64,000 nt of DNA from Rhizophagus irregularis (lineage: Eukaryota): the NCBI RefSeq assembly GCF_026210795.1, contig NC_089429.1, forward strand, positions 5,084,001 through 5,148,000, given 5' to 3'. The notes under the pieces were generated by a model. That model had not been told where the DNA came from. It saw only the letters and a program-made list of their open reading frames with translations, and searched no databases. The translations under genes and the position numbers were made by a program. The first letter of the stretch is position 1. Each line of letters opens with the position of its first letter. This document shows positions 28,101-41,932 of the stretch, in pieces.

Positions 28101-30036
28101 TTGATTACTATAGGGTATCCATTCAAATACTATCTTGTTCGGATCATTAATTCTTAATTGAGATTCTTGAATTAAATTATCAATTATTTCGTTACCACTG
28201 GACCAGCTTGTAAAATTTTCTTTAAAATATTTTATTTGACATGGATTACACCATTCGTATTTTGCATTTAAATCGTCTATATATCGTCTATCACATTCTT
28301 CACATTTCTCATTTGGAAAAACCATAATATAATCTTTCATACCAGGACTTTGAGATAATCCATATATTTTAAGAATATTATTCGAGTAACTGATTGAATA
28401 TATTTTAACCTATTAAAACATGATAGAAAATTATTATTTAATTAAATTAAAAAAGTATATATATTAATTTCATAATAAGTTTCATACCTCATTTAGAAAT
28501 TCGTTAGTAATACTTTGCGAATTATGAAAAAATTTTAAAATAACTTTTTTGTCTGATACTCTTGTCAATTTCTTTTTAACATAATTGTAACTTAATGGAC
28601 CATTCTTCCAAATTGCTGAATATACTGTCATAACATCACCTTTACTTATTTCTTCAACGTTATCAAACTGACCATATGGAATCCATTCAAATATTATATC
28701 ACTTAAATTATTAATTTTTAATTGCATCTCTTGAATAAAATTATCAATTATTTTATTTTTACTAGTCCAATTTGTGAAATTATTTTTTAGATCATTTATT
28801 TGGCATATTTTACACCATTTATATTGCGTATCTACGTAGCTTTTACCACATTCCACACAATTTTCACAGTATGTATTCTGAAGAACCATAATATAATCTT
28901 TTGTATTAGGGTTTTGAGATATTCCATATATTTTAAAATTATCATCAATATAATCAATTGAATACGTTTTGGCCTATTAAGAAGAAAAAAAAAATTATTA
29001 TTAAGTTTAAAATAAGTACATAAATTTAACATAAGTTTCATACCTCATTAATAAACTCATTAGTCAAATATTGTAAGTTGTCTATAGATTTCAATGCAAC
29101 TTTTTTATTTGATTCTCTTGTCCAACCAGTCATATATTCATAATGTAATGGACCATTTTTCCATATTGCTAAATATATTGTAGTAAAACCACCTCTGCCT
29201 ATCTCATTAATTTCGTCAAGCTGGTCGTATGGTATCCATTCAAACACTATAGCACATGGATTATTAAGTTTTAATTGCATTTCTTGAATATAATTATCAA
29301 TTTCCTCATTTTTACTGGTACGGTTTGTAAAAATTTTTTTTAAATAATTTAAATGACATGAATTACACCATTTATATTCTATGCTAGTATATAGTTTACT
29401 ACATTTTTCGCAACATTTTCCAAAATATTCATTATGAAGAACCATAATATAATCTTTCGTATTAGAAATTTGAGATATTCCGTATATTTTAAGAATATTA
29501 TCTGAATTATTAATAGAGTATGTTTTAATCTATTAAATTAATAAATGATTTTTATTAGATTATTAGATTGATTTTTTTTTAAAAAAAAATAAGTTATATC
29601 AAAAATTATAAAAAAATTTTCGTACCTCATTTAAAAATTTGTTAATAGTATTCTCTGAACTTTTACGTAGGCATTTTAAGGCAACCTTCCTTTCTGATAC
29701 TCTCATTAATTCTTTGTTAAAATAACTATAACTTAATGGGCCACTATTCCATTTTGCTGAATATATTATAGTAAAATCATCTTTTCCTATTACTTCAATA
29801 TCGTTAAATTGATCATATGGGATCCATTCAAATATAATATCATTCGGATCATTAATTTTTGATTGCATTTCTTGAATCAAATCATCAATTTTTTCATTTC
29901 CACTGGTCCACTTTGTAGAATTTTCTTTGAAATATTTTATTTGACATGGTTTACACCATTCATACTCTGCATTTAAATCATTCGTATATTGTTCATGACA
30001 TTTTTTACACTTCTCATAGTTTTTGGAGGGCAACAT
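25182..30036 (-). CDS. Multidomain protein of about 1480 aa: 4 Cys-rich/kinase-N-lobe-like repeats + degenerate TKL kinase + MLKL-NTD-like helical domain + pseudokinase + Sel1-like repeats
   Basis: Six exons with canonical GT-AG (30036-29626, 29529-29044, 28973-28488, 28409-27927, 27844-25930, 25843-25182; 4443 nt, open frame). Repeats CxxC..WCxxC..WTSGN..ID..IQ..FEWIPY; kinase 1 LRDFH/DMK; kinase 2 HRDLRCEN/YNFR; Sel1-like AQYNLG..Y..G. Confidence 0.85.
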
Positions 30037-30599
30037 GGCTTGGAATTTCTCGATTATATATTTTCCACACTATTTATAAAAAAACTTGTACATTGTACTA
30101 CAAAAATCAAATGTTTTACTGCAGTTGTACTGTATGACGAGTGTAACAGAAGTACAAAATTTTTTGCGCAGTTTCACGTGATTTTATGCGGTTATAGATA
30201 AATGAGAAACAAGACGTAAATTATTAATAGGGGTTCAATATTAAGCAAAATTTGTGTAACCTTAATTAGGTTACTTCATTTTATAATTAACCGTCAATAT
30301 TAATATGCTATACTAAATAAAGTAATTTAATAGATTACCATGTGCTCTCAGTTTCTTAAATTAGTTTACTATGTTTACTATTAAAATTTTTTTCTCACAT
30401 ATAGTACGTGGTTTATTTAAAAAACTTTTTTCAAGATCCTTTTAAAGGTAGGAACGAAAATGCAGTTTTAACAATAGAAATATGTGTAATTTTACGGGGG
30501 AAGAAAGTTTGTCTAAGTTTCTGATATTGGTTATTCATACAGATTTTGTATAATATTTAAAAAAATCAAAAATTTATAATATTCTTAACATATGCAAAA

Positions 30600-31200
30600 T
30601 TTTTTAGAGCGTAGTTACAGTATTTTTGACATAAGCATATCGCTCTTATATATTAAGTGAAAATTGTTCAACAGGGCCAAAACTACTTGTATCTCAATTT
30701 TCATTATATTCCATTTAATATTTTATAACTTATCTGTATTTCTAACATTAAATTTATTAATTTTTCCATTTAGTAACTTCAGAGCGTAATTTAGGCACTT
30801 TGGTCATATGAAAATTGCCTTTATATATTAAGTGAAATTGTTCAGCAAGGTCGAAACTACTTGGATTTCAATATTTACGTATATTTGTGATGCTTTTGGC
30901 GTTATTTGTAACATAATTGAATTCAGATTTTGAAATTTTTTGCACCCGATCTGTTACTTTAGGCACTTTGATCATAAGAAAATCGTATGTATTAAGTTCA
31001 GCGAGGTCGAATCTACTTGGAATTTGATTTTCATAAGATTCTAATCAGTACGTATAGAGAAATTGGCATTTATTATTTATGTATCTATTTAATCACTTCA
31101 GAGCATAATTTAGGTACTTTGGTCATATGACAATCGCCTTTGTGCATTAAGTGATAATTGTTCTGCAGGATCGAAACTACTTGTATATTGAATTTTGTAA
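30600..31200. repeat. Degenerate tandem repeat, 4 copies of about 150-175 bp
   Basis: Core tttaggcactttggtcatatga...attaagtgaaattgttc...tcgaaactacttg recurs near 30606, 30781, 30955 and 31101. Confidence 0.7.
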
Positions 31201-31739
31201 ATAATATACGTGAAGTTATTAGTGTTTTACGTAATGGCATGAATTTTCGAAACTTTATTTTCTTTATTTTTAATATACAAAAAACATTAATTTCAAATGA
31301 CTTTTTTTTCAATGAAAGTGTAGGGATGGTTAATAAGATTATTCTTGCTTTTAAATCAAAGTATTATATTATGTTACATTTGACCTGTATTTTTTCGAAT
31401 TTATTTAAATTAGGCCGGAATTATGAATTTGGCCATAATTAAGAAAAATTTGACCAGAATAAAGATTTAAAAATCGTTAATCTTAACTGGTTAAATTAAC
31501 TTCGATCAAATTTAAACTTTGTATATATATTATATATTTAAAATAGATGATATAGTAAAAATTTATTATAATATTCATAATAAAAAAATTTTGCTCCTAA
31601 AATTATATGACATCTTCCCTGTCTGATACGTAAATTTCTTACAAGAAATTATCGATTAAAGGTTGTTAAAATTATCAAAGTCATATCTTATCTAAAAAGG
31701 ATATTAAGAAGATTTAGAATCAACTTTGAATTCACTTAC

Positions 31740-32340
31740 TGTTGCACCAGTTTGCGATGAAATTGAAAATCTGCATCTAAAATGGAAGGTACTATTTACA
31801 AATTCTATGCTAGGAGGGATTTTTGGACGGCTCAATATAACAAAAAGGCATGTAATGATGTGAAGAGTGAAAAAAGCTAATAGGGTGCAAAAAATTTAAA
31901 ATTCATTTTTTTTAAAAAGATTCCTAACTTAATCACTGTACTTTTATGATGAGCACGCCAAAAATATCAAATAATTAGTAGTGGTAAATTATAAAATTAA
32001 TTTTTCATAAATTCTGACTGTGTATTTCGGGCTAAATTAAAGAAAATATAGTTTTAAAGTATTTAAATGATCAAATTTGAAAATGACATTTAACTCCTGC
32101 AATTTTTTTTTTTTAGATGACAGTGGCGATAATGAAAAAAAAGAAGAAATTCAATTTTTTAAATAGTAGTAAATTTGGTAACACTGAAGAAATTGGACAA
32201 GGGAGATTCGCTAGCGATAATTTATAATAGAATTCAAGTTGTGATGCCGACATTGCGATGCTACAGTAAAATAAACACTACATTACATGTGGATTAAAAT
32301 GTTTACACACAAAGAACATATTTCATAGAAACTTGATTGA
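31740..32340 (+). pseudogene. Highly decayed MLKL-NTD/TKL kinase remnant
   Basis: gctcaatataacaaaaaggcatgt (AQYNKKAC) and acatgtggattaaaatgtttacac, shared with the kinase paralogues. Confidence 0.5.
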
Positions 32341-33811
32341 ATCATATTGGAAACTACAAATTGACACTTTACTTTTCTTTCCAAAATATCATGATGATTA
32401 TTTTCAAATTGTAAATGTCTTGAAGAATAATTAAATTGTAAGAGACCTTTAGTGTATCAACAACTTCCCTATAAAATTTTATTCATTATTTCTGTAAAAA
32501 CTCCGTAAAAAATGAGCCTTACAAAATACAAGGATCCATTCACGGAAAATGTAAATAATTCGATAAATTCCGTGATATAAGGTTATTAATTCAGGAAATA
32601 TGAGCCTTTTACGGAATACAAAAACCGTTGATTTATTATTATATACAGTACGGTATAGTATAAATTAATATACTAAAAAAATTCCTTGTGGAACCTAACT
32701 TTTAGATTAGCCTGTATAAATAATTTTGAATTGTCCAACACATGATTTGTCTGCGCCTTAACTATTCCGTATTCATATAGTTAATCAGCAAATCCAATTA
32801 TTTTTTAGTTTGGTTAACATTTGTAACAATAGATCAGACTTTGGCCTTTCTTTTTTTTATTTTTTATTTTTTTACAATGGATCGGAATTTGTTTTTCTTT
32901 TTTATTTTTTTTTTAACGATCGTTAGTAATTTTTTTTTTATTTTTTTAGGATTTTTTTTAATTTAGAAATTTTTTTTAACAGATCGGATTTTTTTTTCAT
33001 TATAATTTTTTTTTTATTTTTTAAAAAAAATTTTTTTTCAGATCGGACTTTGCCCTTTCTTTAATGTTCGGTAACTGACGTTTACTAATATTAATTTGTA
33101 TAGTTAGTTCCGGTTATAAAAAAAAATCTACTTTTTTTATTTGCTTCCCGGTAACTAGCGTCATTCTAATACTATTAAGTAATAGTTCTATCGATTTTTT
33201 AATAACAATAGATTTTGGTGATAAGAATTCTTTTTTTTTTTTGTAACAATAGATTTGATAATGGAAATTTTTTTTGATATAAATTTTTATTTTTTATTTT
33301 AAACAATAGATTACTATGATATAATCTTCTGTAATAATACATTCGTATGGTATTCTTGGTGATGAGAAATTTATTTTATTTTTTTTTGTAAAATTAATTA
33401 TTCAGAATTGATTTTGTGATGAGTCTGTAAACATATAAACCATAAATTTTATAATACTGCAACATTTGTTTAATATTATAATATTTGTATCAAGTTATTG
33501 TAAATTTGTAATACTAAATCATTCTAATTTAATCATATTGTAAATACACTTCACATTATTGTATTGTGAATATTGTAAATATAATTTATATCATTCAAAT
33601 ATAGATAGTTGTGTCTATAATACTTAACCTTTTTTTTTCACCTTTTAAATTTTTATTTTATTTAATTTTATTATTTATTTATTTTGAATTTTCAATTCTT
33701 CAAATTTCTTGCTACAAACAAAATTTAGTATTATATAAGTAACAAAATTTCTAAACATAAATCAGAATTTTCTTTTCAATACATACACTATAATATGCAA
33801 TTAATATATAT

Positions 33812-33846
33812 CCCGGCGCGCGACGGGTTACGGGCTTACGGCTAGT
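33812..33846 (+). mobile_element. Helitron 3' terminus
   Basis: Isolated GC-rich hairpin cccggcgcgcgacggg followed about 14 nt later by CTAG|T (33842-33846); 5' end not identified. Confidence 0.6.
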
Positions 33847-34436
33847 AAATTACTATTTAAAATTTTGAATTCATTAATAATCATAATTTTTAAAATTATT
33901 AAATTATTAAAGCTTTATTGTTGCTAATACGCACTCAAACATATATAACTGCGATTTATAGCCATCTACAAATTTTTATCGATGCGAAATGTTCAAATTT
34001 CTATTGCATAAATACAACATAAATACATAGAAAAATGTAAAGTTGCCATTCGTGATGATCCTGAGAACTGAGCCATCGAACAAAATCGGAGAATTAATAT
34101 GAATCATCCATATTTTATTAAGTAGTTAGTAATGCATTCAAATCTCTAATTTTTCCGATATAGCCGGTTCGATTTTATACTATTCAATTGTTGAAGTTGT
34201 TGATGAAATTCTTAATTTCAATTCCTTGTTGGATATTGGTGCTATACCATCGAGAAAGTTTTCATACATACTAAATTATATAATAAATCTGCGCGAAGCA
34301 GTCATATGTCGGAAGATTTAGAGTTTTATACAAAAGATCAATAAAAGGAAAAGAAAATAATGAGAATAAATATATAAGATTTATTTACTGGAATAACTAT
34401 ATATATATATAAATATAATGATAGTAAATGATAAAT

Positions 34437-36496
34437 TTAACATATTTTCATTCCCTTTTCTTCTAGAAATTGAATTGCCTTATTGTTATCATTTAAAGCA
34501 GCCTTTTTTAACCATTTAATTCCTTCATTTTCGTTCTTCGTAATATTCAATTTTCCTTTATAATATATATCACCCAAATTATATTGTGCAATATTATTAT
34601 TTCCTTCAGCAGCTTTAGTGATATAATCTATGAACATTTCTATATTATTACCCTCATACATGGATTTTTTTAAAGTAAAAGCATAATATAACTGAGCATC
34701 ATGATGTCCCTCATCAGCAGCTTCTTTAAGTAATTCCTTACCCTCTTCACGTCCTTTTATACCATCATGAATTCCTTCCCACAAATAGCGACCCTTCCAA
34801 CATTTTGCTGTTGTATTACCATTTCTTGCATGATATTCAAAACATTTCCATGCTTTTTGATAATCATTTACCTTATGAGCTTTTATACCTTCGTCTAATG
34901 GAATTGTTGGAACTATTATAATAAAGTCGTCTGATAATTCAAGATCATCATCTTTTGATCCATCTAAGTCCAAGGTTTTATCCGCAAGTAAAGCTGGCAT
35001 ATTCTTATCAAACATATAAATGATGGAATTATATAATTCTTCTAGCATGTCCAATGCTTTCAAAAAAGAAATACGTTCTTGTGGATTATTCTTCCAAACT
35101 AGATATATAAAGAAGATAATGAAAGAATTTCTTTAATTTTTAATAGGATTGCTGATGAAAACTTATACTTACTGTCATTTATAATCATTTTATAATCTTC
35201 TTGGAGTTTAGAAATTTCGGGAGTAGAATTTCCAAATTTAATTACTTCTCTACCACCTTTAATCACAAAGTCTCTAATTTTGTCTACTTCCAAACTTCTA
35301 TATGGAATTTTTTCAAAAGCAAGTTCCCAAAGTAGAACACCAAAACTAAAAATTTCACATTGTGTCGTATATTTTGTCTTAAAGTTGATTAATTTCTCAG
35401 GAGCTAACCAACGCACAGCGTCATTAGTCGTCTCCTTTATTGTAGTGGTGTTCCCAAAAGTATAACGTGACAACTTAAAATTATAAATTTTAGGTTCCAA
35501 ACTTTCTGTCATCAAGATATTTTCACATCTAAGGTCATGATGTAATATTTCAGCTTTTTGTAAAAATATAAGCCCACGACAAATTTTAAGAGCAATTTGA
35601 ACCTTATAATGCCATTGAATATCCTTTATTTCGTATAACTCTTTCAAAGTTCCACGATGAGCCCATTCAAAAACTCGAACATTATCATCGTCAATCTTTG
35701 AGACACCATAAAATCTAAGAATATGATTACATTCAGATAATTTCATTAAAATTTCAAGATGCCCTTGCACCTTTATATCATCTTCGGTCGTTGAAATTGA
35801 TTTACATGCTACTTCTTGTCCCCTATAAATTCTTTTCACTACATAATTAGGATGTTTTCCACGTTTGTCATCAGGTTTTCCTCGTGCAGGAAGTATTAGT
35901 TCTTTTGAATCAATTTTATTTGCGCCATGAAATGTTTTATCAACAAGATGTTTCTTAATATATTTTACTTCTTCATAAATATTATCAACTTGGTCACCCA
36001 TCGTTCTAAGATATTTATCGAATTCGGCGAGATCTCCCGATAAAGCTTCTTCGTCATTCTTTCTTCGTTCTTCATTAGCCACCACCAGAGTAAAATTTAA
36101 ATCTTTCATTGCAGTATCATATTCTTCTGTAAGTCTCATAAATTTTTCCTTAACAAAAATAGCTTTTGCATATTTTCTAAAACCTTGAATATTCGAAATT
36201 TCATCAATATAATTTTTAATTTTTTCTAAAGTGTATATAAATTTATTAAAAGCATCATAATATACTTCATCACGTAATTCCTTTTCTTGTCTAAGTTTTA
36301 ATAACTCTAAAGCACCAGTAGTTATTCCAACTCGTTCTGCTAGGGCATGGCAAATTTTTTTGTTATACTCTGCCGCCTGACAAATTTCTATTATTGTCTT
36401 AATTAAACCTGAAGCTGTTTCAATCAAAGAAACATATGGGTCTATAGCGTTTACTACGCCATCGACAATTTTAATAACATTATTAACATTATTCAT
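34437..36496 (-). CDS. MLKL/HeLo-like N-terminal domain + pseudokinase + Sel1-like repeats (661 aa)
   Basis: Two exons (36496-35173, 35098-34437; 1986 nt). N-terminal IIEICQAAEYNKKICHALAERV; kinase fold with VACK but no Gly-loop, HHDLRCEN, and NFK in place of DFG; Sel1-like C-terminus. Confidence 0.88.
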
Positions 36497-37804
36497 TGTG
36501 ATATTACGGTAGAAAAATATTTTTACAAAAAAGGTTTATGATTGAAAGGAATTTCCTTAAAATCGTATAAAATAAAAAGTTAGCCTTCTATTTATAATAA
36601 AAAAAAAAAATTTCGTTATGAAACCTTAAAAAAAACAGCTCCACAAATTTTTTCGCCGTTGTCGCCATTGTAAATCCCAATTTAAGCGAATATGCTTATC
36701 CTTAAAAGTCAAGGTTATTTGTAGATCATGGTTTATTGAACAAGGGACCTATTACAGTCTAGAAGTATATATTTGGTCAAGGGGCGTCCATAATTTATTT
36801 TAGGGATCGATCGACAAAAATGCACGAATGTTACATTTCACAGGTCGTAACCTGGGGAATTACAAGAATCACAACTGATATCTGCGGTTCGTGCGTAGAT
36901 TCAATGAATACTATACAATTTATACATGCATGTAGGGTGTTAAAATAAATCGCGCCTAAAATTATTTTAAAAAATCTTTAATACAAAATATTGAAATAAC
37001 GAATCCAAAGATTTCGACACTCGTATTAAGTTAATGTTTACAATATTATATCATGAATATTTTAAATCATGAAAATTAATTCATTAACATTTGGTCCATT
37101 GTCCAGACTTAAACCCAAGCACAATATAACATAATAATCCCGGTAATCTACTTTTAAACACTTTTAATATTAATTTATAATAGATAACAAGAAATAGATT
37201 TATTGGGGAAGCTAAACACGATTATGATTCAATTTTGACATGAATGATCTTATACATAATTTTTATTGACACTACATTCTAATGCTCACAAATGTTTGTA
37301 TTAGAGACCACTTTTAAATAAGATGGGTTGAATAGTTTGAGGTCCATATGAAAAAAAAGATCAACCCTACATATTTTTAACCCTTATTTAAATCTCAACT
37401 ATTTCTTTACAAATAATTTCTTTATCTAAGTATTAATAATATTGTTTAGATACTGATCAAATCAAAAATTAACGAATTTACTACTACTTTCTTCCTTTTT
37501 ACTAGGTTTTTTTCAACCGATGATCGTATCTTTTTCAAAATTATTATAACTATAAATTAATGTGACTTTAATTAATTGAAATATTGAGAATTTCTTTTGA
37601 AAAAGAAGAGTAAAAGATTGTTAATTTTTTGTTTACATAAGAAAAAGGTAATCAAAAATGGAATGATTTCTATTTTTATTTTATTTTATTTTTTTTTTGA
37701 TAAAAACAGATGAACTTTTTTAGAGAAAGAGAAAGGATAAATTAAAAAAATGGTAGTAAGCGATTTCCTTTCTAACAAAAAAAAAAAAAAAAATTTTAAG
37801 TAGG

Positions 37805-40800
37805 TTTTTTATTTTTATTTTTATTTTTATGCAACAGAAAGAACCAAACGGTAGTATCAATTACACGGACAACATATAAATGAGTCTAAAGTAATTCTAT
37901 CACTACACGTCAAGCCACCCTAAGCGTGATGACTTCTGACCTTTTAAAAATAAGGAGACCACGAGTCGGATCCAAGATCGTTCTCAGGAGAAACCTTCCA
38001 GGTAGAAAAATATAAGTAGAAAAACATAAAAATAAACTATCTAATATCTAAAACATTTCCTATATAACTATTATTAATAAAAGAAAATAAATCTATTTGA
38101 TTGAACCCCAAACAATCCCGATATACGGTCCAATGTGCTGAATGTAAAAAATTACTTGACGTCCAACGAATATGGGCGTGATTATCATAAAATCCACCTT
38201 CCCTGAAATAAGGAGTCGCAGTGATGCGACGATGCGTATAACTTCGTCGTGGTACATCATTATTTATTGTATCATCTGCTGAGGGCGGAACGGTTTGCTT
38301 CTTATATCGCCGTCTATAAAATCATTTTTTGGTTTTTGTAATGGACAAAGTACGCTCCCAACATTTTATAAGGGAAGAACGTTTAGCCCAAATATGAGTA
38401 TCAATTTTCTGCATTAAAATTGTGAAAAATTTAATAAAAATAGAGAATCGTAATTTTTTGTCTTTGATATAATTATAAAATATTATAGTGAGATCACTCG
38501 GGACCAAATGGTGAATAAGTAAATAACCAGGATGTGTTTGTGATAATGCACCCGGAAAAGTAATGTTAAATAAAGGTGAACTTTCAATAGTCTCTCTCAA
38601 AGCAAAAGATGTACCAGTACTATTTTCAATAATAATATCGTATAAATCATAAGCGGCTTCCATTAATAAAGTAACGACATCGTTCAAGTGATTGATACAT
38701 AAGCCCACATGTGCATTCATATCACAGGCGTTGGAGCATTGAATACAAGGAATGCTACCCAAAGGATATAAGCGAGGGTAGTTGCGTTGTTAAATATCTA
38801 TTGTGGGGTAAATAAAGTTACATTTCTTGATTTTGTTTCCATGATATTTGGAAAGGTTTATGCTACAAGGAGCATCAGAATTATTATAATTCAACCATTC
38901 TCTAGTAAAAGTCCAATCTATCTCTCCATCCAAAATTTGTTTTTTAATAGGGATGAGAGCTTTGTTGTTAATCATCGAATTAAAAATTAATGGTTGTATT
39001 ACGTTATCAGCCCACTTTCTAACGTTACGATCAATAACGTGTAAGCGATTCCAAGAAGCAAAGCCTAAACTTTGGTGGGCAAAAAATTTGTGGTTAATTA
39101 TGATCGGTTCTCTTATATGAGCACCAGCTTTAGCTAAAGTATCTGCTTCATCGTTGTAAAGATTGTTACTATGACCAGGAACCTTAAATAAGGTAACCAA
39201 TAAATTTTTCTGATTAATCAGGAAAAAAATTAAATCCCAAAGTAAAAAATTTAATTGTTTAAGTTTTTGACGTGGACTCACGATGCCTAAATGCATACGT
39301 GTATTAAAAGTGGTGATACAGTTGGCAGAATCTGTATATATATTAACTCTACAATTAAAGGGTGAGACGAGTAACGCCGTGAGTATGCCTATAGTTTCAC
39401 ATTTGGAAGAAGATGGGAAAAAGACCGTGGATCCTTTGAAACTGACTTTCGGCGTTAAAGGTTGTGTTTGAATCCATCCATATCCACTAAGACTGTGGGT
39501 AGTGCCAATATTCTAGACGGAACCATCTGTGTAAAAAGTTAAAATTTCTTCTGAATGTAATAAATCGGCACAATTTTTCAATTCTGACTTAATAGTGGGA
39601 TGACAGATTAAAGCGTGGTCAATGTGATCATTGACATTTTTTGAAAATGAATTATTAGCGGGTGTATCTAAAACATCCGAAGAACGTAAGGTGGAAGATT
39701 TCAAAGGGATTTATCTATTTTAATAAAATTTTCATAAGCTATGTGTCTAAGAGTATGAAAAGGTTTAGTTGCGACAACAAAAGGTTGTCGATTATAAAAT
39801 TCTAATAAAGATTTGTGTTCTACCGAAGATTTTTTAAAAGTATTAAATAATAGAAGTCGTTGTGTTCTTATCGCAATTACACAAGTTGGATGGGCATCAT
39901 GTGGGTAATATGAATGTAATAAACACCCTTTACATGCTACTAAACCCAAAAGTTGTCGTTTAGGTGTCAAATTAATGTCATGGTGTGTTTGTTGAGGTAT
40001 GTAATGTTGTAAATAAGATATTGATGTGGAACGATCAGTGTCTTGTGATAAAGTTTTTCCAAAAATAACTTGTTTTTGTGTGTTGTTCCAATGTATCGTC
40101 CATTGAAATTTAGGTTCAGAAATGGCAAGAATAAGTTGTGGTGATTTGTGTATTCTATTGATGTTGCTCACGACATCGTTCAAAGGGTGGATTAAACGTA
40201 AATTATTACTGAGCACATAATTATTGGCCAAGTTGTTATACCAGGCGGGAATGTTTTCTTTGTAATTGTCATTATTATTTCTTTTGACGTCAGGCCAAGA
40301 GAGTAAATAATTACCATCTGAAGACATGACTTGATCCATATATATAATATTTTTAGCTTTAAGAGATTGTATGTCTGCGGCTGTTAAGTCAGACATATAG
40401 TCTCTTATAGGGGTATTTCCACCTAGAATATTAATGTCAAAAGTAAAATTAAAAGAGAATCCATAATTACTTGATAAACCTAACATTTTAGTGAGATAAG
40501 TAGGTTTTGCCACTAGGTCCGTGTAATCATTGATGTTGTGAGGGATTCTAGGGTACCAGATTTCTGATACCGTGTTGTAAATTTTTTGAATAGCTATATT
40601 TCGGAGAACTGGTGTATTAAATAGCGCTCTTAAAATATTCAATTGTGATTTCATCTGGATGTCAAAAAAATTGGTAATCGATTGGAATAATTGGTTATAG
40701 ATAATATTATCTGCAGTGTTTGATGGGAGGTTCAGGCGTTGTTTAAGGAGTCTTTTTAACAGTCCCATTAAAGTTTGGCATTGTTTAATATTAAGGATCG

Positions 40801-41424
40801 TGTGTTGGAATATATATTCCAGTTTCAGTATAATAATTTTTTTGATGATATATTGTATTGTATGTGGTGATGCATTAATTTTTTATTTTTCATAATATTG
40901 TAGTGTGCCATCACAATTTGTCTACCTTTTTGTATTGTTTGTGTATGACGGTCTGACGTATTGATATATAATCCCAAAATACGTTCACTTTTGTTACGAG
41001 ACATGATGGGTGCATCATATTGTTGATTATTAATCGTTAATGTAATAGTTGATTGCTTAATAGAACGGTCATTAGTCAGGATTCTGTATTTGTCCATATT
41101 AACTTTAATGTTATTGAGATCATAAAATGAATTAGCTATCGACAATTTCTCCTCAATTTGTTGTTGTGAAGAACCAAACCATGTTGTATCATTTAAATAG
41201 CCAACTAAAGAAATATCATAAGTATGGATAATATCATTATTTTTGTGTTGTGAATTCATTTTTTGGATTGAAAAGGTTTGATAATGTAAGTGGGTAAGTT
41301 GATTAATACGATGGAACATCGGGTCGTAATATATGTTCCAAAGAAGAGGTGATACAACTTCGCCTTGGTCAATGCTTTGTAACATAGCATAGGGTTTCAT
41401 GAGACCGTACGGGGTAATGATTGT
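37805..41424 (-). mobile_element. Non-LTR retrotransposon (LINE), 3' portion: RT - RNase H - Cys/His finger, degraded
   Basis: IITPYG...IDQGEVVSPLLW...GYLNDTTW (RT); FYTDGS, YTDS and KVPGHSNNLYNDEAD (RNase H); CIQC...H..LC; (AAAAAT)n tail at about 37805-37830; stops and frameshifts; broken within RT at about 41425. Confidence 0.9.
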
Positions 41425-41526
41425 CATCGGGCTGGTAGTGTGTCTCGCTATGCTCACCCCACCTCGGCCTCACGGCCTCGCAGTACCTACATCCCCCCTC
41501 CATGGGGCGGGAAATCCCTATATATC

Positions 41527-41737
41527 TGAAACAATATGAAACAAGATCTGAAACATAATAATATAAGCAAAAAAGGATAAAATAAGGGAAAAGAGAGGAA
41601 AATAAGAGAGAATCAGAGAGGGCGTTTCGATGTTTCAGATGTTTCAGCAATTTTGGTAAAAGTCAGGCGAGGACAAACCCTCCAGAAAAAGTTTTGATTT
41701 TACCCCCCAGATCCAAACTTCTGAAACATCTGAAACA
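41527..41737. promoter_or_regulatory. Iteron-like TGAAACA cluster, candidate origin or helicase-loading site
   Basis: TGAAACA at 41527, 41537, 41549, 41722, 41731 and inverted at 41631, 41640; perfect 17-bp inverted repeat 41631-41647 / 41721-41737. Confidence 0.45.
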
Positions 41738-41932
41738 GATTCAGGATTCCGTTCATTTTCTTATTGAAGGCAGTGAGATAGCAAACCAGGTAAATTAACA
41801 GGTAAGCCCCTAGAAGGCCTGTAGATCTGTAGGAGAATAATTGGGTAGGAGCACGGATCTTTGAAAAAAATACATTCGGCAATTGAAGATTAGGTAACTA
41901 TAAATTAGTACTCGATTTAATAGAACGAAAAA

